Part shown: in pieces, positions 30,428-44,803 of the stretch
Numbering within the stretch: the first letter of the stretch is position 1
How the letters are laid out: each line of letters begins with the position of its first letter
Origin: Eledone cirrhosa
Taxonomy: Eukaryota
NCBI GenBank assembly: GCA_964016885.1
Contig: OZ024742.1
Span: 133,672,001 to 133,736,000, forward strand
Reading direction: 5' to 3'
Length of the DNA stretch: 64,000 bases
Notes under the pieces: model-generated
Told to the model about the DNA's origin: nothing
Databases searched by the model: none
What the model saw: only the letters and a program-made list of their open reading frames with translations
Made by a program: the position numbers and the translations under genes

Positions 30428-31094
30428 GACGAACCCACAACATGCACACGTCAATATACATACCTACATCAGCATACATTTTACATACATCTCTATCTAC
30501 ATATAAACATAATGACATACGTAAACACACATGTTCTATGGTGCAACACAAATATACACAAATGTGCATACCTTTTGATGTCTATAGATATAAACGTGCC
30601 GACACACATACATATACGCACACATGCATTGCACACTGATGGGCACATACATATTTGTACACAAGTATTCCAATAAGGCAGGGCCTAAAGGATTCCCCTT
30701 GCAGTATGTACAATCTGGACACTCACACACACCTTGATGTTATGACAATACTATATATCATTTCACACCTTTTAATATTAATGTTTTTGATGTTCTCTTG
30801 AGAGAATCGTTTTTGCTGAAAATATCGAATAATGTACACCATTTTTACAAGTATCACAAAAATACTGCCCCCCCCCCCACATACATATACACACACACTC
30901 TCATATATATACACACATACATACACACGCGTACACTAACATACAAATAGACATATATATACACACAGACACACATTCACACACTTCTCCGTATAAGACA
31001 AGAGCTGAAATATATCTTTCAACATGTTAAAATATCCCCCACACACGTACAGACACATTCCTACTGATCGATCCCTCTACCACGAATTACTCTG

Positions 31095-31132
<38 letters not shown>

Positions 31133-31518
31133 TTGTCTTAATAGGCACCTGAACTGTTGACCTTTCAACATGAATGCAATTAACACACACATCCCTACTG
31201 ACCATTATCACAACAATGAACCTCTTTACTACACACACACACATATTTGTCTTAAAATACTTATTTTTCAGGGATTTCTCAATCAGGCGAAAAAGGACAC
31301 TCTTCGACAAACCTACTTTGGCGCAAAATAAATTTTTAACATTCAAGTGACCTCTACCAACCAATCAAAATTGTTTTGACCACAAGAATTTTTGCAACAC
31401 GAATTGGCACAAAACTTATTTTAATCCCTCTGGAACCACTTTTTTCACATAAAACAGGTAGAATTTACAAAACTAATAAGATTAGTGCAAACATCACGGG
31501 CGCACTATCTCAAAATTA

Positions 31519-31554
31519 TTTTTGAAAAGCATTAGAAATGCACAACCGGTAAAA
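31519..31554 (+). ncRNA. Variant hammerhead in the 3' pLTR (U3:A8; G12 mutated)
   Basis: ttt-TTGAAAA-gcatt(aga)aatgc-ACAA-ccgg-TA-aaa. Confidence 0.5.
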
Positions 31555-31675
31555 ACTTACAACTAAAACTGAATACTAATTTTTACTTATTCCTAATTAA
31601 ACTATTTTTCAGTGGGAACAATATGTCAGCATTTACTTTTCCTTTTACCAATATATCACAATTCGTGTGTTACAC

Positions 31676-31753
<78 letters not shown>

Positions 31754-33201
31754 GATATTAAACAAATGGAAACTACATTTATAAAACCATATTTATTTCG
31801 TTATATATATTTCTGGGATATCATATCAAAAATATGGTATGCCTTCCTCAGACAAAATACAATACATAAGCTGTTTTATAAATAATTAGTGACATACCTT
31901 GTAATAATGCAACTTCCTTTTAAAAAGTTGATTTGGTAGTGAAACTGTTATGATAGTTATATAGAAAGAAAACGAAGATGAGAAGAATAAGATGAAGAGA
32001 TGTATGTAAATAAAAAAAAAAGAAGATGAAGAGATGTATGTAAAGAAAAAAGAGATGTATGTAAAGAAAAACAACGGAGCGAGATAGAGAGACAAGGAGA
32101 GAGAGAAATACATTGATGGTGAAAAACATAGTAGGCTGCTTTTTGACAGATGATCATCGTATATGTGAGAGGTTAAGGGAAGGGATACAGTTAAATTAGT
32201 GTATAGGAGAAAAAGAAAGAAAGATGATATATTTAAAATATATTAAAAATATATTATGTCTCATCCATTTGAATTATCAATTTTTATGAATTAGGTATTA
32301 TAATGTAAATATCAGTATTCATGAATGAGACACATATCTATAATGTGTGACAAAATGACCACATGCTCAGTTTAAAAATTCTTAGGTCTATAAGCAAAAT
32401 CTGAGATAAAACTTCAAACATAAGTATATATGCATTCTCGTGAAAAAAGAGAAAAGAAAAAAGAGAAGGTTATCTCAAATTCAAGTTGATAAATATAGAC
32501 GCACATGTGAACCTACGTGATACGCTGCACTGATTCTTATATTTCATGAAAAACTTCAATGCGTTAGAAAAGAAAAACTTCAATGCGTTAGAAAAGATTC
32601 CACCCTACATACATTTACATACATATATACATATATATAGACACAAAACATATAAGATATACATTAACATCTAAAATAACATTTCAGCCTCACTTGCATG
32701 ATCATTGATCAAGCATAGAGTAGACAACATATATCAATATTAAAATTAAAAACGCCAAGAATATCTTCGTCACTCCACAGAGTATCTAGGGACGCAAGAG
32801 AACATAGTATGCCACGCATATCGGTCATAGACTCAGAGTTAAAAGCAAACAAAACCAAAATTGTTCACCAAGCCTTATTTAGCAGAAATCATTCAAAACT
32901 TATTCTACAAATGCTCTTATATTTATTATAGAAGTTTATCCAGCTTAAAAATGTATTCAAAAGATTGGGAACAACGCCAATTTTAGGGTAGTTTATTTAA
33001 TCTCATTAATTATATATTCATGTAGAAAGGTTTTAAAAAAGGTTTTTAAAAAAATTGAAGGAATCGAAAGATTTATCGCCAAGTATCATAAATAGTCAAA
33101 TACCTTAAGTAAATATACTACATGTTATACTACATTTTAAATGTATATTTATATTTAAATGTTGAGTTCAATCTATGTCTGCAACAGCTATATATATATA
33201 T

Positions 33202-33234
<33 letters not shown>

Positions 33235-33699
33235 AATATATAAATATATGTACATATATATATTATGTATGTATGTACGTATATATATATATATATATAA
33301 AACGTGATAAGTCAGACATACACTATGAAATGATTTTATTAGTATTCAACATATCTACCAAACTCTGGGCTTTTTTTTATAGTGAAACAATAAGTCAACA
33401 ATGTGCTGTGATTGGCCGATTTTACTGGCGCCTCAAATAATGTTACATCTCGTTTTTGTAAATGTAACATATATTGAAAATGTAAAGTATATCGACAACT
33501 GTAATAACTAATACAATACAATAAATGATGTATAAAAAGAAAATACAAACTTATGTTACCAAACCACGCAATAGATTTTAGTAAACATCAGTGTTAAATA
33601 TTCTAAAATACTCCCAAAATAAATTAGACGGTTCTTTTCTGTTTAGTTTGTACTTGACCCTTTCTTTGTCTCAACTAAATATGAACAATCTTTTCTAGC

Positions 33700-35330
33700 A
33701 ATAATTTTTCAGGTGACCATAAACGCCCTTGTTGTCTTTTTCGCTATAAGACATAGCAGTCTGCCCTTCTCTCAGCCTGGTCTGCACCTGTCTGCCTGTT
33801 ATATTAACTGGCATATTTTGTGGATGTTTGGACATATTTGAGCGTTTGACTAAATAGTAGTTCTCCTGGACACTAACTACTGTGCAATTATGTTCCAACT
33901 CCTCATGTCTGGTTGGGGAGATAGTAAGTGAAACATTGGGAATGCTAATATCCATCCTCTTGATGGTTTGACCATCATCTATGGCATACGTACTTAAACG
34001 TACTTAAATGCATCAGAGAGACGCATTTGAAATTGGTGATTTGAGAAAGTTAGGGTGTGGTAGATACCAACGGCTTCAGCAAAAACAAAAAAAAGAAACC
34101 AGCGTCTTATGATCAAGTCAATACTGTTGCCCTTTTAGCAAATATAAATGGCTTAAAATGTCGGAAAGCAAACACAACAGCCAGTATTTCAATATTTGCG
34201 AATAGTATTGAGTCACAATGGGGGACGGATATTTGAAGCAATGGCTGTAGACATCAGATTATGAGGTACTTCACTGATAGGTCTTAAGTTGGATTCTAAC
34301 AATGATACTCTGCTCCAATGACATTCGGATTGGCATCACATTCTATGTAGACTGGCTTTTTGCTGTTGTACAGCATCTGAAATTGCTTGGTTGAGCTGGC
34401 TAGATATTTCATTTTGGCACTACAAAAATTAAAAACACTGCCCTGATTATTTCGATCCTGCAGGAGCTTTCTTACTAAGGACATATTGGGTTTGAAGTTG
34501 CATAAATAATACATAGTAACTATGTAAGTTTGCAGCTCTGTCTTGTTCATTGAATAAGGCGAGTCCTTTAAAACCTACACATGATCTGGTGACGGTTTTA
34601 GTCATTCAGCGGTGAACTGCACACCGAAAAATGGCACTGATTGTGCATTGACTGGTAGTATTTAGTTCTTCAAGTAGTGGGCAATTTCTGAACAAAATAC
34701 AAAAAGTCCATGAGTACCTGTATATTGCCAAAAATGCAAATGTCTCAATAAATAGATTTATTTCTTCGTGGACAGATAACAAGTGATGCAAAACATTCTT
34801 GAAAATATCAGTGGAACATAAAATCCTTTGGCTAGAAACTCGTAAACATAAGTTCCGAATGAGTGAACATTAATGTAAATGGTTGACACTCCTTTTCTAC
34901 ATCTACGACAGTAATAATTCATCCTGTAAATCATTAAAAGTTGGCATCTCGTATATATAGGTCGAATGATTGCCTTATTTAGTGACACAGGGTCTATATA
35001 GATGGGCAAGTCGCCATTTGGCTTGGTAATATTAACAGCATAGAGGTACGCCCCTTTATGATCTGAGTTCAAATCCCGCAGAGGTTAACTTTGCCTTTCA
35101 TCCTTGCGGGGTCGATAAAATAAAGTACCAGTAGAAACAATATTAACAGAATAATTCACCCATTCTATTGCTTCATCAGGACCTAATTTCCTCAGTATAC
35201 CGTTTTTTTAAAATGTTTTCAAGTTCACTTTTCATTGTCTCTATCATTGCGGAGGTGACCAACATAGGCTTGCTCTGTAGGATTTAACACTCTTATCTCC
35301 GATGATTCTCACTGGTTTTATAACAAATTT
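33700..35330 (-). mobile_element. Decayed Ty3/gypsy pol remnant (RT-RNase H)
   Basis: GPDEAIEWVN..NITKPNGDLPIYIDPVSLNKAIIRP (RT start), ELQTYIVTMYYLCNFKPNMS, KKPVYIECDANPNVIGA (RNase H CDAS motif); no LTRs seen. Confidence 0.75.
35039..35138 (+). mobile_element. 5'-truncated Deu/Nin SINE with 11-bp TSD inside the gypsy RT
   Basis: aatattaacag at 35028-35038 and 35139-35149. Confidence 0.85.
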
Positions 35331-35354
35331 GCCTACACCAAGGAAATAGTGGTT

Positions 35355-35552
35355 TCTGATTTAGGCAAAACTTCAACAATTTTGGGGAAGGGGAATTGAT
35401 TAAATCGAACCCACTATCTTAATCGTATTTTATTTTATCGACCCCGTAACGAGGAAATTCCAAGCTAGGCTCGGTGGGATTTAACCTCACAACGTAACTA
35501 TATGCCACAAAGCATGTCATACAACGTGCATCTGATGCTATCATGCCACCAC
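35355..35552 (-). mobile_element. Older, diverged Deu/Nin SINE copy
   Basis: tttattttatcgaccccgtaacgagg..aag..aggctcggtgggattt. Confidence 0.65.
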
Positions 35553-35700
35553 CTTGATAATAATGATAATAATAAAATATATTGAGAGAGTGTAATTGAG
35601 ATATATATATACACACACACGCACTCACTCACACACACACATCCATACACATACATATATATACACACATACATATATATATATATACACACACATACAG

Positions 35701-35737
<37 letters not shown>

Positions 35738-35914
35738 CTAGCAGCTGAGCCCGGTTGCACCCGGGGCTACTCGGGGCCACTTTTTATTAAGTTAATAAGT
35801 TGAGGGGCGACGTGAAGAGACTGGTTTGACAGAGTGACGTTGGGTGGAGTAGATGTTACTCAAAGATGTTATTGCAGGTTCAAAGATGTTATTGCAGGTT
35901 CAAAGATATTATTG

Positions 35915-38900
35915 CAGGGCTTCTTTGTAGACAACGTTCCAGGTGTTGCCCGGGTTACCACAAATGAAGAGATTGCAATGACTGCGGACGCGGGACCATC
36001 CTACCTATAGTTGACCATGGACAAATACCTGCTAAGTTAGATTTAGGCCAACCACTTGCAGCGATTTTCCTTGTGCTTTGTTAATGGTCATTGCAAAGCC
36101 GAGTCTTACGGGGAACTGCCATCGCGTAAATTCATAGAGGACGCCAGAGGGACTAAGGCTCATACGGATAATTAACCTGATCACGCCAGCAGCGGGTCCG
36201 CTCAAAATCGTTGTCTCCACAATTTGGGTCCTTATTATTTCGATGATTAAACGCGTTCCGTTGCATAGTTATGGTGCATCCAGGTTTCTCAGCAGCATAA
36301 CAGGCACACCAACATTCATTTTCAGATCATGAGGAGGAAGTCTTGGAGGTAGTTGACTGTTGAAGAATTCAATTGGGTAGATAACGGCGTCGTCCGCGTT
36401 TTTATTGGTGTCAATTGACTTGAAGAAGACTTCATTTCCGGGAATCTGATCGAGTAGTTTTTTGTTCATCACGTCAACAGTGGCATTGTATGGTGCCAAA
36501 ATAGCTCTCCCTGTCAGCCAGGTGTGATCATGGAATCGTGATTCAAGGTCTGGAAATACAGATGACATTAATTCGTCAATGTTTGACACAAAGTTCCCAA
36601 AAGGCAAGTGGATATGCTCTTCATCCACTCCAGATGTAGTTCCATTACCAACTTCCAGTAGATGTTTTGAGAAATCAATGGAATCTGCGTCACCATGCAC
36701 ATGTACTCTCATGTTGGTAGTCAGATGTAGTTTGTGGATATACTGCCATACGTAGGACGACTTGATGCATGCTTTCACTTCGTCAGCTCTAGTGCCTCCA
36801 GTGATAACAGGAAGAGCCTGTCGGAAATCGCCAGCCAGCAGTACTGTCGCTCCACCCATGACGCGTGAGTTCCGACTCAAGTCCTTGAGAGTTCGATCTA
36901 GATCTAGAGCCTCAAAGATTGCCTTGTGACTCATGGTAGCCTCGTCGCATATGATCAGGCATCACTCAGCAAGAAGATGTGCTTTAGGGTCGCCACGATC
37001 TATTCTACAGGTAGGATTCTCCTTCTTGGCAATGTCCAAAGGCAATTTGAATGCGGAGTGTGCCGTACGACCGCCATGTAACAGTGTTGCCGCCATACCA
37101 CTGGAGGCGACCGCTAAAGCATTCCGCTTGTCTTTTCGTAGCTTCGCAAGCAAAAGGTTGATGAGAAAAGTTTTTCCTGTTCCGCCAGGAGCATCCAGGA
37201 AAAATAGCCGTCCCTCATTTGAATTGACACTGGAGAGAATTCTGTCATATGCCCATCTATGGTCATGCAAAAGTCTGGGTTCGTCCTCAGCTACCTGATG
37301 TGTCATATCGTCGATGTTGTAATTTAACTTACGTATGAACTCCACATCTAAAGCACTGTGAGTGTTTCGAGGTTGTGGCAAACCGAAATCAGATACACCG
37401 AGCTTTAAGATGGTTGTCCATGTCGATGAGGGCCTCATTGTACACCACGTCTTTGAAAGCAAAGCCAGCCGCTGGATCTTCTGCTCGTAGTCTACGGAGG
37501 ATGTCCTCTGACATGTTGTCCTTATGCGTTTCCCAAAGCTTAAAGGGCTCATCTATGCCACAGAACAATAGCATTATGCAAAACAGACGTCTCATTTCTC
37601 GAGGTATCTTACATTCAGCAGCCTCTATCAACGCCACGTTCAGGTGGCCATCATCCTCGAGTAGCCCGCGCTTCACGCACGTGTCCCTGTAACTGGAACA
37701 AATATGGTCACCGAAATGTCTTAGGTCTGCGAATGACTTGGATCCTTTGATTTGATGCAGCAACATTTGTAGCAAAAAGCATTCTTGTTGCTTCGGATGA
37801 ACATTGTACACGCGTCCGATGGCATTACTTCTGAACACACCTACTCAATCCTCAACTTTTTTCCCCTTGTCGCTGCCGATGCCATCTTTTGTTCGACCAA
37901 GTGAATTAGGTAGGTACATCGACGTAAAAAAGGGTAACTGGAAACGTATCGACAGAACATAGCTTAAAAAGTGCGGTAACCGTCGTCTCAGGTGGCTGTT
38001 CGGCAGCAGCCGATGCGGTTTCCTCATTGAAATAAACGCGTTGACCATTCTCTAAGTGAACATCCAAGTTAACAACTGCTGGAGAGCACCGGTGAATTTC
38101 AAGCCCCAAAATGAGCCAAGCTGCCATATTGGACGAAATGTATCTTCCCATCATGAACTGAGTAATTTCGTCTTTCTATTCTACGATATCACTGAGGCCA
38201 ACCACCGCCATGTCGCCGCCTTTGCAGATGTATTTAATGCTTTTAACAGATGTGCAGGACTCCACATTGATGTGAGCATTAAACATTTTAGCAAGCAAAG
38301 GGCTGCAAGGCACCACCCAGCTGTTGTCAATGTCGTATTCTTTCCCTTTCTTCTTAATCCTAGCTGAAAGGCCGCCACAATCGGGAGCACTCCGCCGATA
38401 GATGGGGTAGCATTAACCCCAGTGCAAGTTTCTCTAGTGAAGGCTCTGGGGTAGTGTTTGGTGCACTTATTCCCCTCCATCCATGGATTTTGGCTGTTAA
38501 GGGCACCACAGGGTCCATGTATCATATTAGCCAGCACAATGTTGTAAAGCTGCAAATCAATTTGGGGATCGGGCAACTCTGCACATATAACGCGATCATT
38601 GTCCGTAGGTCTGATTCGTTCTTTACACCAAATAAGAATATGTGCGTGTGGAAGACCCCGCTTCTGCCATTCCACAGTATTCATCCAACCATTGAGTTGT
38701 CCGTAGGTGGCCTTATATTTCAGCAAACATATTAGTTTCTTCAACTTTCCGTGGAAGACTCTGCCTCACCGTCACTCTGCAAAGCATCCTTAAGATGAGC
38801 GTATTGAACCCCTCTTCGTTCTTTTTGATGGGTACGTATGTACAGAAGACGTTCCGCTTCAATCTTTGCGTACATATCAACCAAGAACTGGTTTGTCACC

Positions 38901-40300
38901 TCTTTGAACCTAACTAGTTGGTTGAATTGACCGTCTCTGATCATGAGTCGGTATGCATAAAAATCCATGCAGGAAACTTTCTTTAGTGAAGCAGCAATAC
39001 TTTTCGGATCAATTGTGGGAATCTCAAAGTTGTAGCCGCCCTTACCGTAGGGAACAAGAAGAGGGTACTGCAAGCAATCGTACGACCGATGGGTTTCTAC
39101 AACGAACGTCAGTCTGTTATTGCGATTCTGAATGATGATGTCACGTGCACCATGATTTTCGTCAACCATGATTGCTGCTACCTCGTTGGTAGTTGGAGCG
39201 TTGAAACATCCAGGATGCCCACTCGCAGGTCGTCTGTGATCTCTGATGACCAATTTCATCTCATGTCTAGAGTCCAAAAGCTCCAAAGCACTCTTCAAGT
39301 GACGGACGTACGGATGGGTTGCATGGAGCATAGTTTGAAGTTCCGCAACAATGTTCCCGTCAACAGATGAATTGATCTTGCATCTTTGGGAAACTTCCTC
39401 ATCATTTCCGCCCATGAAGAATACCTGGATGAATTCAAGATCCTCGCCTAGCTGTGGGCGAAGGCTTCCCATTAGGTGGGAACACTGACCTTCAATTTTG
39501 TAGGTGTAAAATTTGTCTTTCTTTCTTCATTGTTGTCACAATTGCTGGTGACACTGGGGTTTGTTGCTGTTATTGTTTTTTCTGCCATCCTTTACACCAC
39601 ATAATGTCATAGCGCAGCATGAATTGTATCTCCAAATGCTTTTGCGAAACTTCACTCCGTGGTCAGAGTTACCAATGAGAAGATTTTGTAGCAAATCAGG
39701 AGGATCAGCCAGCGCCTGAAGTCGAACGTGGCCCCCGGAACAGCAAAGAACTGGAACCTCACCGACCCACTTCTTAGCCCCACAGGACTGACATAGCTTA
39801 TCCATTTTTCCAAGAGCCAAATCCGGGTGATTGGTGTAATCATCATAAGGATTGTAGTTAAAGCCAGATTTTAAGCAAAAAGTGTTCCTTGTAGTAGCAG
39901 CATTTTCTTGATGTTTACGCCGTTTACCTGCTAGCTTTTCTTCCCTTGCCTCCGGAGTCTCGTTGAGACGTTAGCGTTGACGTCGAGTGCGCTGGTCAAA
40001 AAGAAGGTCCTCCCTTGTGTCCGGAATCTCGTCGAGAAGTGAGAGTTGGTTTCGAGCGCGCTGATAAGAAATACGGTCCTCTCTTGCCTCCGGAGTCTCA
40101 TCGAGACGTGAGCTTTGGCGCTGATCGCGCTGTGCAGAAAGATGGGCCTCTCTTGCCTCCGGAGTCTCCTCGAGGAGTGAGAGTTGACATTGATTGCGGT
40201 CGGCAGCAACACGGGCCACCCTTGCCTCCGGAGTCTCCTCGAGACGGGAGCGTTGGTCGCGAGTGCGCTGGGCAGTAAGACGGGCCTCCCTTGCCTCCGA
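35915..40300 (-). pseudogene. Helitron RepHel (HUH Rep + PIF1-like SF1 helicase) pseudogene
   Basis: CQSCGAKKW..LCCSGG Zn finger; YDCLQYPLL; NQFLVDMYAKIEAERL; VEWQKRGLPHAHILIW (HUH); MIHGPCG; SIKYICK; GRYISS; DAPGGTGKT; GGRTAHSAF; ICDEATM; LAGDFRQALPV; TTNMR; QFPVRLGFAMTINKAQGKSL; many frameshifts and stops. Confidence 0.95.
39940..40300 (-). repeat. 69-bp (23-aa) tandem repeat, about 5 units, at the RepHel N-terminus
   Basis: cttgcctccggagtct recurs at 39945, 40014, 40083, 40152, 40221, 40290; encodes ETPEAREA-type charged helical repeats. Confidence 0.9.
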
Positions 40301-40923
40301 TGTCTTCTGGATTTAAAAAAAAATGAATGCTTTAACTCGGTTACTACTGTTTTACAACTTCTCAAAATAGAAATAATATTTTTATTGAGATAAAAGAAGC
40401 AAAATAACAAAGGATATCGATAAAAAACGTACCTCCGCACGCGCCTCCATTATTCGCAATTTAAGGGCTTTATTTCGTTTAGGAGAAAATACTGGTCGTT
40501 TTCGGTTAGGCATATCGTATAACGATACTATAGAAGCAGTGTAAAATTATTTTAGGTTAAATACTGAACCACCGAGAGCACGTAGTCGTTTCAATAAAAA
40601 GTTGCATTAAAAAAGGGAGGAATTGAAGGTAAAATGCTAAGCTAAAAGTGAAAAATTAATGTCATTGTTTACGTATAATGAATTGGACATGCTTCACTAA
40701 GAGATGGATATAAAAGTATTTTAGGTTAAATAGTATAGGGAGGTGTGTAGATACATACATACATACATACATACATACGCACGACGCTCAGCTTTATATA
40801 AGTTTCGTGTGTATGTGTTTGTGCTATGCGAGCGACAACAGATCAATGATATATAATACGTTACTGAAAGTTAACTAAAGTTTGCTGGTCCTCTCTGTCT
40901 GTCTGTCTGTCTGTCTCTCTCTC

Positions 40924-41008
<85 letters not shown>

Positions 41009-41489
41009 ATCTAACACTTTAATTGTATCTCTCTCTGTCTAACGGCGTATATCTCTCTGCTATTCTAACGGCTATTCTATCTGCAATGTTATCATATAGG
41101 CAAGAGCGACAGAGAGAGTAAAGCAGTTAAATTATTTTTAGGGGGAATTATATATTATAGCGAGAGGGAAGAGCGATGGAGAGAGTAAAGCTAAGAAACT
41201 TTAGGGAGCTAATTTCGATAGAAAAATACCGTTTTTTGGCCTTAGAGACCAGACTTTTCAATTTAGAGTACCCCACGTAGAACTGTCGCTTCTTCGTCAC
41301 CTTTTACATTAATGTGAAAATATTCATGACAATGAGAGCATTGGTACTACCCTTTTGCCTGAATCCAGACACGACTCAGACAATGCTGGCCCATTTCACA
41401 TTTATATAATAGATGTGTGTGTGTGTGTGTTTGCGCGTGTGTGTGTGCGCGTGTGTGTATACTTATATATATGTGTGTGTATGTATACT

Positions 41490-41520
<31 letters not shown>

Positions 41521-42624
41521 ATACTTATATTTATGTGTGTGCGTCTGTGTCTGTATACATATGTATTCATATATACATCTCCCCGCGTTTTTTTTTTATA
41601 GATTTATATTTATACGTGTTCTGAGTTGTGCATAGTTACTTGGAGCCAATAAATGCCAATAATTATTAATATGCCTAACAATAGTAATTATTATATATAA
41701 TGCTTCTATAATTTGGATCATTTTAGATTATCCACCTATATTTAGTTTTCAAATATATGCATATTCTCGATAGATATAAAACGTTTCATATATTTAATTC
41801 ATAATAAATTGCCTTAACCTTTAATATAGACATTTTCGAAGTTCTTTTGTTTAGTATATTGACTCCAAATTGATTAATATGCCAAATACGTGAGAGGCCG
41901 AGTTTCCCGATTAATTGTTCGGAAGAAAATTGAATGTCGTTATTAAATTCAACTAATAAATATCATTCACGTGTAAAGTATAATAACGCATTTTAAATGC
42001 ACAGCAGGAAATATGATATTTCAGACTTGTAAACTTATGATAGGTTCCATACATTTCCTATACGACAAACTGTATTACCAATGATATTAACACAAATTGA
42101 ATACGCACATACTACACACATGCAGCTATACATGTGAAAGTGTGACACCCATCCCATATATATATGTATATATATATATGTGTGTGTGTATATGTGTGCG
42201 CGTGTGCGTCTGTGTGTGTGTGCATGCCTTTGCATATATATAACAGTATATACACAAAAACTCAGACAAACATATGCGGATATAAGCATGTTGCACATGC
42301 TTTTGTGTAATTTTGTAAGATTCTCTGTCAGTGGCAGAGAATATTGTTCCGTGTATGTAACATATCTAAACATTTGTGAACATATGGTAGTTATATAACA
42401 AAATATTTATCTCTAGCTATAAATAAAACACAAGAAAATTTGAAACAGATTGTTATTACGAAAATACTTGCAAAAACATGATAAGTAAAATGTGCTAAAT
42501 AACATTGATTGTCTATTGTTCGCTGTTTAAATCAACCATATAATTCTAAATATTTGTTTGCCTGTGTCTCTCGTCTACGCCAACATTTCTTAAGAAATAT
42601 CAACGGATTTTTCATGATGCTAAT

Positions 42625-42808
42625 AAATATCCTACTTTTGGCACAAGGCCAGCAATTATCCCAGTGTATTACTGGTACTTTATGTTATCGATCCTGTAAG
42701 GATGAGAGGCAAAGTTAACCTCGGCGGGATTTTATCTGAGACGATAACGGGCCATAACTCTTTGCAGCAAAGCATGGCGTTCGACCCTCTACCGATACTG
42801 CCAATCCA
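42625..42808 (-). mobile_element. Deu/Nin-domain SINE
   Basis: Same family sequence (ctacttttggcacaaggccagc...ccctctaccgatactgccaatcc). Confidence 0.9.
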
Positions 42809-42905
42809 GCTGATAATGCGTGAATCCCAACACTGAGTATTTTGTTTTCATTCATTAAATGGGTGCAGGATTTTGCTGCGAATGATTTAAATTTATATAT
42901 ATATG

Positions 42906-42983
<78 letters not shown>

Positions 42984-43058
42984 CGTGTGTGTATAATATA
43001 CATACATATATATACATATGTATATATATGTATGTATATATATATGTATATATATATG

Positions 43059-43125
<67 letters not shown>

Positions 43126-43163
43126 ATAATATACATACATATATATACATATGTATATATATG

Positions 43164-43210
<47 letters not shown>

Positions 43211-44495
43211 ATATCAGGTCACCAGTTGGTGCTACTGGTAACATATATCCCAGTACAACCTGTCTCATAATCGCGTCGTTTGCGACTAAACTGGCAACCC
43301 CACCAAGGTTTCTTGGTGAGGAGGGTGACTGTGGACATCCTGCTGGACTAAAAACAAAACCTGTCAAAGGGCAAAGGAGCTCTTAAGAGTCAATGGCCAT
43401 CCAAAATCACCGGGAGAGATGACCCCTTAGTCTTTGTCAAGGAAGAATTCTAGTAGAAGGAAAACTCTGATATAACACCTGCATGTTGACTTGTTCTTCT
43501 TTTTGGTAAATATCATCTTGGTTAAGAGAGTGGGACTGACTTTGTGCAGTGCCTCCGCTCACTATAAAAGCTTCACGACACAGGCATTGCTTTATATCTG
43601 GAGATCTCTTTGCACTTGTCATTACATGGTACCATGGGCCGAACACCATGTGTCAGTAATTGTGACAAGTATAGTGTTTGTACCAGAGTTTTTAAGTTGC
43701 TGGCTGGTCTAAAAAGTCACACTCGTACAGCGCATCGGTAGGGGTTCTCCTACATGGATATATATATATATATATATATATATTCGTTGTGACCATTCTT
43801 CTCTCTCCTTCAATCTCCCTATTTCGTTATCTTCTACTCTCACCCCTCTTTCTTCCACTCCTTTTCTCCCTATCTACTCTTACCCCCACTTTCTTCCTTC
43901 CCCTTTCTCCCTCTCACTTTCACCCCCTCGCCTGACCCTTTAGCAGTTCTCTTCTAACTTACAACTGCGGCGATCAGACGTGTGTCTTTTTTTTTCTCGA
44001 CCACACAGTCTTGAACTTAAGTTCTCTTATCGAGTGGTCTTCGATTTCCCTATCTTAAATTGCTTGCACATTGCTGTTTTGTTTTACTGTTTTCTCCTTT
44101 CTTCCCTTTTGCTTTCCTTCCTTCCCTCCTCCGTTTTCCCAATAACTTATCCAGTTATTGACGCCCTAGAGTGAGATATCTTGTCTTTAAAGCGTATAAA
44201 TATCCGAGACTCCCAGTAGATAACTGATGTGGAACCCCCCCCCCCCCCCATTCTTGCGTTCTTCTTATTCCCACTGCATTTTAAGTCATATATATATATA
44301 TATATAAATTCAGCGAGAATCGTATTTCGGCGGGGAGAAATAAGCGAAACGCAATTTCCGATTTGTGTTGGCAAGCGCTCCATGGACCAAAAGAGACCAG
44401 AAAAATAAACATATGTTATGAAGGCCATATGTTTGTCCTTGGTTCAATCGGGATTAACCACAGTAAGTAAGGTACTCAATACAAAGCAGAGTATA

Positions 44496-44718
44496 AATAT
44501 TTAATATAGAAAAGGTTTCTATAGGACTAGAACTGTTTCATTCGGGAGCAATAATCAGGAAGCCGACTGTTCAAGTAATAAGGTGGTATCTATATATTTT
44601 CTGGACCGTCTTCTACCCCAAGAAAATATATAAATCTACCACACTTCTTGGACTGTTGACTTCCTGAAAATTTGTCCCGAATAAAACAGTTCTAGTCCTG
44701 TAGAAGCCTTTTCTATAT

Positions 44719-44723
<5 letters not shown>
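44496..44723. repeat. Fold-back element with decayed outward-facing hammerhead-like motifs; related fragment at about 48605-48740 (-)
   Basis: atttaatatagaaaagg..tcta.aggactagaactgttt / aaacagttctagtcct.tagaa.ccttttctatattaaat arms closing on a loop of about 18 nt. Cores read CTGATTA, CTGAAAA or aTGATGA ... gaat-GAAA-cagttcta-GTC; stem I not evident. Confidence 0.75.

Positions 44724-44803
<80 letters not shown>

Larger units (their letters stand above)
25311..31678 (+). mobile_element. Near full-length Penelope-like retroelement (Neptune-like) with inverted 5' pLTR
   Basis: 25311-26449 is an inverted copy of about 30546-31655; 26450-26820 is a direct copy of about 31325-31678; an RT-GIY-YIG pseudo-ORF lies between; both ends abut (TA)n or (TC)n(TA)n. 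Confidence 0.93.
35738..40802 (-). mobile_element. Autonomous-type Helitron, decayed
   Basis: 3' end: cccgg-gtgcaa-ccggg hairpin (35750-35765) then CTAG (35738-35741) then (TA)n. 5' end near 40802 reads cttatataaagctgagcgtcgtgcg(tatg)n, with the canonical TC not evident. RepHel coding remnants inside. Confidence 0.92.

Noticed and set aside
35861-35918. 20-bp x3 tandem repeat, and the 69-bp array at 39940-40300, as CRISPR-like arrays
   Set aside because: No unique spacers; they are local slippage and coding repeats of the Helitron in eukaryotic DNA.
43214-43757. Higher-GC island between TA tracts, possibly a LINE 5' UTR or ORF fragment
   Set aside because: No diagnostic motif or ribozyme fold could be identified by eye; left unassigned.
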